Source: an uncultured Planctomycetaceae bacterium
GTDB taxonomy: Bacteria > Planctomycetota > Planctomycetia > Pirellulales > PALSA-1355
DNA: 64,000 nt
Reading direction: 5' to 3'
Assembly: GCA_963785305.1 (NCBI GenBank)
Contig: CAWAUV010000007.1
Span: forward strand, 1,376,001 to 1,440,000
The notes beneath the pieces were generated by a model, which saw nothing but the letters and a program-made list of their open reading frames with translations, did no database searches and was not told the DNA's origin. A program made the position numbers and the translations under genes. Every line of letters begins with the position of its first letter. Within the stretch, counting starts at the first letter, position 1. Positions 59,124-64,000 of the stretch are shown here, piece after piece.

Positions 59124-59793
59124 TCAACCGCCGGCCGGTTCGGCCAGGAAACCGGCGATGCCTTCGCCGGCGAGGGTGAGCGTGTGATCGCCCACCTGAA
59201 TCTCGAAGGTGCCGTCGAGCTCATGGCGCCCGCGAACCGTCACCACGGCGCCGGGCAACAGCCCCAGATCCGACCAGCGCCGCAATCGCTCGGGGCGTTC
59301 GTCTTCGGCCTCGCGAATCACGAGCCGATCGCCCACCGCGAAGCTGTGCAACGGACGGAGATCGCGACGCATCACCGCGCCGTCGCGCGTCGGAATCGGG
59401 TGTCCGTGCGGATCTTCAAGCGGTTCGCCCAAGTAGTCGGCGATGGCCTGCCTCGAGCCGCGGCGAGATGGCGTGTTCGAGCGCCTCGGCCTCGGCGTCG
59501 ACCTCGCTCCAGTCGAGCCGCAACACCTGGGTAAGAAAGAGCTCCATCAGCCGATGCCGGCGAACGACGCTCTTCGCTTCGGCGGCGCCGGCCGCCGTCA
59601 GTCGGGCGCCGAATCCGGGCTGATATTCGATCCACCCGCCCTCGCCAAGCCGTTTGAGCATGCCGGTCACGGACGCGGCGCGCACATCGAGCCGCGTGGC
59701 CAAATCCACCGGCAAGACCACGCGTTCGACTCCGCCGAGCTTATAGATTGCCTTGAGGTAATCTTGAACGGCTTTCGTCGGCTTATCGACCAT
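59124..59793 (-). CDS. DtxR/MntR metal-dependent regulator with FeoA domain, frame break
   Basis: DYLKAIY, SVTGMLKRL, RRHRLME, EAEALEH, DPHGHPIP. Confidence 0.92.
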
Positions 59794-59869
59794 GAGATCG
59801 CTCGTTCCGCGTCCGAGGAGCTGTCCCGCGGCGGTCCAGCCCGCGGGTCGTGATTGTGTTTTTCGCCAA

Positions 59870-59957
59870 GAGCCTATCCGACAACTCCCCCTTCTCCCCT
59901 TGGGCGAGGGCACGGCGAGGGCAGGGTGAGGGCTCGCCGAAGTTGTCGGATAGACTC
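59870..59957. repeat. 88-bp MITE-like repeat with 17-bp terminal inverted repeats
   Basis: GAGCCTATCCGACAACT and AGTTGTCGGATAGACTC flank a CCCTTCTCCC..GGGTGAGGG core. Confidence 0.75.
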
Positions 59958-60039
59958 AAATAGGATCGCGGACGATCGACCGGCGCGCTCGACCGCCCCT
60001 TCCCCGATCATAATCCAGCTTCGATGCCTCGCGCGCGAA

Positions 60040-61734
60040 TTACAAATTGGGCTGGCGGATTTCGCGGCCGGTGGTATCGACGCACTCGATCTTGAAAAAT
60101 TCCGGCGCCGCGTGCTCGACGCCCAGCACCTGAATGTTCAGCGGCGCCCGATCCTCGAGCGCCGCGATATCGCGCCGCTTGCGATTGTTCAGATACGTCG
60201 CCACGTCGTCGGCCACCGACACCGTGATCCGCGCCACATTGGGCATTTGGGCCGCCATGATCAGCAAGCCGCATCACTTCGAGCGCCATGCTTTCGGCCG
60301 TCTTCACGACACCCGCCCCGGTGCAGCCCGGGCAATCGCGATACACGCTCCGCTTTAGGCTCGGGCGAATTCGCTGCCGAGTCATTTCGATCAGACCGAA
60401 CGGGCTCGTGCGGAGAATCTTGGTTCGCGCCCGATCTCGCTTCACGGCGTCGCGCAAGGCGCGTTCCACATTGCGGCGGTGGCGCTCCTTGCGCATATCG
60501 ATGAAGTCGTTCACGACCACGCCGCCCAGGTCGCGCAGCCGCAACTGCCGCGCGATCTCGCGAGCGGCGAGCAGGTTCATTTGATAGGCGGTCTCCTCGG
60601 CCGAATCGTCGGCGCGGAAGTTGCCGCTGTTCACATCGATCGCCACCAGCGCTTCGGTCTGATCGATCACGATCGAACCGCCCTGGCGCAAGGGGACTTT
60701 CCGCTGATGAATGCGGGCAATCTCCTCGTCGAGCCGATACTTATGAAACAGCGGCTCGCGGCCTTCATACAGATGCAGGCGGCTCACATAGCGCGGCATC
60801 ACGATTTGCAGGAATTCCTTGGCCCGATCGTGCGCCCCGGGCTCGTCGATATAGATCGAATCGACGTCGGCCGTGAAGGTGTCGCGAATCGTGCGGATGA
60901 TCATGTCGCTTTCCTCGTAGATGTCGACCGGGGCGGGACACTTGCGAATCCGCCGCACGATGACTTTCCACAATCGCAATAGATACGCGAGGTCGCGCGA
61001 GAGTTCGCGCTTCGTGCGATCAACGCCCGCCGTGCGCACGATGAACCCCAGCCCCTTGGGCGGGTTCAGCTCGAGCATGTAGTCGCGCAGCGTGCGGCGG
61101 GCCTGCTCGTCCTCGATCTTGCGCGACACGCCCACCCGGCCCAGCGCCGGCATCAACACCAGATAGCGGCCGGGAATGCTGATATAGGTGCTGAGCGTGG
61201 GCCCCTTGGTGCCGATGCCCTCTTTGATCACCTGCACGAGCACTTCGTCGCCGCGACGAAGAATGTCTTGAATCGGGGGCTTCACGCGCGGTCGCGCGCG
61301 GGCCGGGCGCGGGGACGCCGCTCGGGGCGCGGCGTCGCCTCGGTCTCCTCGCCGCCGGGCTCATCGCCGGCGTCATCGACCCCCTCGCCCTCGGGCGATT
61401 CGTCGTCCACCGGGTCATCGTCGCCCAGGTCGATGTCGTGGTGCCGGCTGCGCGGGCCCGATTCGATCGGCCGCGTGGGGTCGAAGCCGCCTTGGCGGTA
61501 GTACTGGGGTTCGACATCGCTGATGTGCAAGAATCCATTGCGACCCACGCCGAAATCGACGAAGGCGGCTTGGATGCTCGGCTCGATGTTGACGACTTTT
61601 CCCTTGTAGATATTGCCGACGTAGTTGTCCTGGCTGGTCCGCTCGACGTAGAGCTCCTCGAGCTGTCCGTCTTCAACGATCGCGATCCGGCATTCCTCGG
61701 GCTGGGCGACGTTGATCAGCATCTCTTGCTTCAT
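60040..61734 (-). CDS. Rne/Rng-family ribonuclease, two frame breaks
   Basis: GNIYKG, AAFVDFG, IDVNSG, RLRDLGG, CPGC. Confidence 0.93.
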
Positions 61735-61835
61735 CGATACTCTTTCTTGATCGGCAAGGGCGATGAGCCCGTCGTTCGTTGTCGCAAGCGCAGGGCGCGG
61801 CCCGGGGTTGGCGCGGAGCGTGGCGGAGGCGAGCT

Positions 61836-62466
61836 TCATGGCTGCAACTCCACGTCCGTGCGTTCGAGGGCCCAGAGACTGGCCTCGAGGTCGTCGGACC
61901 AGCCGAGCGCGGCCAGCACATCGCGAGGGCGAACCCCCGCTTCGTGCGTGGCCAAGAGCCGCATCCGCAGCCGGTCGCCTTCGATCCGCAGATCTTCGAC
62001 CAGCGGGCGAACATCGACCGGAGCGGAGCGCCCTCGCGCGCGATCGGCCAACTGTCGGCCGAAAGCAGGCGTTCGATGGCCTCGGGCAACAAGGCCCGAC
62101 GCTCCCGGAGCGGCTCGGTCTCATAACTGAAACAGCGAGCTTGCGCTTTGCGGGCTCCGGGCGGAACCAGTTCGGCGGCGAGAAAATGAAGACCGCTCGG
62201 GGCGAACCGATTCAACCGGGCGAGTAATGCATCGGTCTCCGGTTCGTCGAGCAAATCGATCTCCACCACTTCGCGCCGGCCGGTGATTCCCAGGCCCAAG
62301 GCCGAGGGAAAGCTGATTCGCGGCTTGGGATGAAAGCCTTCGCTCATCCGCACCGAAATTCCGGCCCGCCGAACAGGCGCTCGATGGCGCGCACCAAGTC
62401 CCTATGGCTGATCAGTCGCAGATCACCCTGCTTGCAAAAACGAATTCGAACTCGATAGGGAACCAT
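61836..62466 (-). CDS. TIGR03936/DUF2344 radical-SAM-associated protein, frame breaks
   Basis: RIRFCKQGDLRLISHRD, SEGFHPKPRISF, ERTDVEL; lies directly upstream of the Rne/Rng gene. Confidence 0.8.
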
Positions 62467-62778
62467 GTGTTCCACGGGGCTCGGCCACTGCCGTCGTGGC
62501 CGGGCCCAAAAAACGGAAAAGAATTATTTCAGCCGCCGACGAAACCTCGCCGGCGAGCCTTGACCACACGTTGGTCGTTCGCCGCCGAACGCCGCGCTTG
62601 AGCGGCCAACGACAGGCGATCCAATACTCCGCCGTGCGCCGAGCCAACACTCCGCATGTCGCGATCGCCTCCTCGAGCTTCCCTGGCGCGAGCCGCTCTC
62701 GAGAGCGGCGACGCATTTCGGGTTCGGGATTTCGCTTCTCGAAATACATCGAGCAGCGGTCGGCGCCGCGACAACCGG

Positions 62779-64000
62779 CTAGTTGGTCAGCTCGGGCAAA
62801 ATTCTCTTGAGCTCCTCTCTCAGATAGCTCTTGATGTTTTGGGCGTTTTCCATGGTCATCACTCGCCGGGCGACCGCCTCGCACTGCGAAATGGTCACGG
62901 TGCGACAGACCTTTTTTATCTCGGGAATCGCGCTCGGCGGAACGCTGAACCGCCGCAAGCCCATTCCCAACAGCAACATGGTATACATGGCCCCGCCACT
63001 CATCTGTCCACAGACGTTGGCCGGCACATTGGCTTTGTGCGCGGCCTTGAGCGCCATGTCGATCAGCTTGAGCACCGACGGGTCCGAGGCATTGTAGAGC
63101 CCCGCCACATCCTTGTTGCTGCGGTCCACGGCTAGAGTGTACTGAATTAAATCGTTTGTGCCGATGCTGATAAAGTCCACTTCCTCGACGAAATGCTCGA
63201 TCATCATCACTGCGGCCGGCACCTCGACCATCATGCCCACCGCCATGTTGCGGTTGAAGGGCACGCCCTGCTCCTCGAGGTCCTCCATCGCGTCGGCCAG
63301 CACCATTTTGGCCTGCCGCAGCTCGGTCAAGGTGCTGACGAGCGGAAACATGATTCGCAAATCGCCGAGCACGCTCGCCCGCAATATCGCGCGGAGTTGA
63401 ATCCGGAAAAGCGGTAAGTCCTTGAGCGACAATCGGATACTGCGCAGACCCAAGAACGGGTTTCGCGCCGGGTCGACCTCCTGCCGGGTGGGGATTTTGT
63501 CGCTGCCCAGGTCCAGGGTGCGCACCACGACCGGCTTGCCGTGCATCGCCTCGACCACACTGGCATAGGCTTCGTAGTGGACCTCCTCGGTTGGGTCGAC
63601 ATCGGCGCCCAGGTACAAAAACTCGGTGCGGTAGAGCCCGATCCCATCGGCCCCGCGCTCGGTGCAGTGCGTGACTTCGTGGGGAAACTCGATATTGCCC
63701 ATCAGCTCGATTCGCACGCCGTCGGCGGTTTCGGCCGGCAACTCGCGGAGTGTTTCCAGCTTCGCGGTGCGGGTGCGACGCTGCTCGACTTCGTGGCGAT
63801 AGCGGGCCACGGTTTCTTCGTCGGGCTGCAGGATCACGAGACCTTGGTCGCCATCGATGATTACCATGTCGCCGCCCGACACATCGACCAGAAACGGTCC
63901 CGTGCCCACGACGGCCGGAATCTCGAGCCCTTCGGCCACGATGGCGGTGTGGCTGCCCGGGCCGCCGATCTCGGTGGCGAAGCCGCGGACGAAATCGCGG
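62779..64000 (-). CDS. ptsI: PTS enzyme I, 5' end outside the window
   Basis: SHTAI, GIGLYRTEFL, NPFLGLR, SIGTNDLIQY, CGQM. Confidence 0.93.
   Translation of the reverse strand, partial: RDFVRGFATEIGGPGSHTAIVAEGLEIPAVVGTGPFLVDVSGGDMVIIDGDQGLVILQPDEETVARYRHEVEQRRTRTAKLETLRELPAETADGVRIELMGNIEFPHEVTHCTERGADGIGLYRTEFLYLGADVDPTEEVHYEAYASVVEAMHGKPVVVRTLDLGSDKIPTRQEVDPARNPFLGLRSIRLSLKDLPLFRIQLRAILRASVLGDLRIMFPLVSTLTELRQAKMVLADAMEDLEEQGVPFNRNMAVGMMVEVPAAVMMIEHFVEEVDFISIGTNDLIQYTLAVDRSNKDVAGLYNASDPSVLKLIDMALKAAHKANVPANVCGQMSGGAMYTMLLLGMGLRRFSVPPSAIPEIKKVCRTVTISQCEAVARRVMTMENAQNIKSYLREELKRILPELTN

Overview
High-GC bacterial DNA, most consistent with a Planctomycetota (Pirellulales-like) genome: DUF1559 protein, planctomycete-type repeats and hypothetical proteins. 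Most of the window is housekeeping or signalling: AAA ATPase, transketolase, RNase Z-like hydrolase, PfkB kinase, a FabF-ACP-desaturase cluster, leuA, MFS, AlkD, 2-hydroxyacid dehydrogenase, HD-GYP and hybrid kinase, FGE-family protein, rhomboid, bioF, EVE, ettA, RND pump, a two-component pair, DtxR-family regulator, Rne/Rng and PTS enzyme I. Many conserved genes are split by 1-2 bp indels in G/C runs or (GC)n tracts, which look like long-read errors. The accessory region at ~4.3-16.3 kb is a decayed defence/mobile island. It holds a 5' group II intron fragment, a HEPN-type gene, an IS3 nested inside another IS3, and stumps of AlbA_2/Schlafen-like, DUF499 and DUF262-like genes. It also holds an XRE/EcsC module, an inverted pair of internally deleted Y1 (RAYT-like) transposase elements with conserved termini, ISAs1, an orphan RNase toxin-immunity pair and ISL3. 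Elsewhere there is a second ISAs1 copy, an intact PaeR7I/XhoI-family RM pair, a Leu-rich leader peptide with attenuator upstream of leuA, several MITE-like repeats and a candidate DtxR operator. All family calls come from motif recognition by eye; no database search was run.
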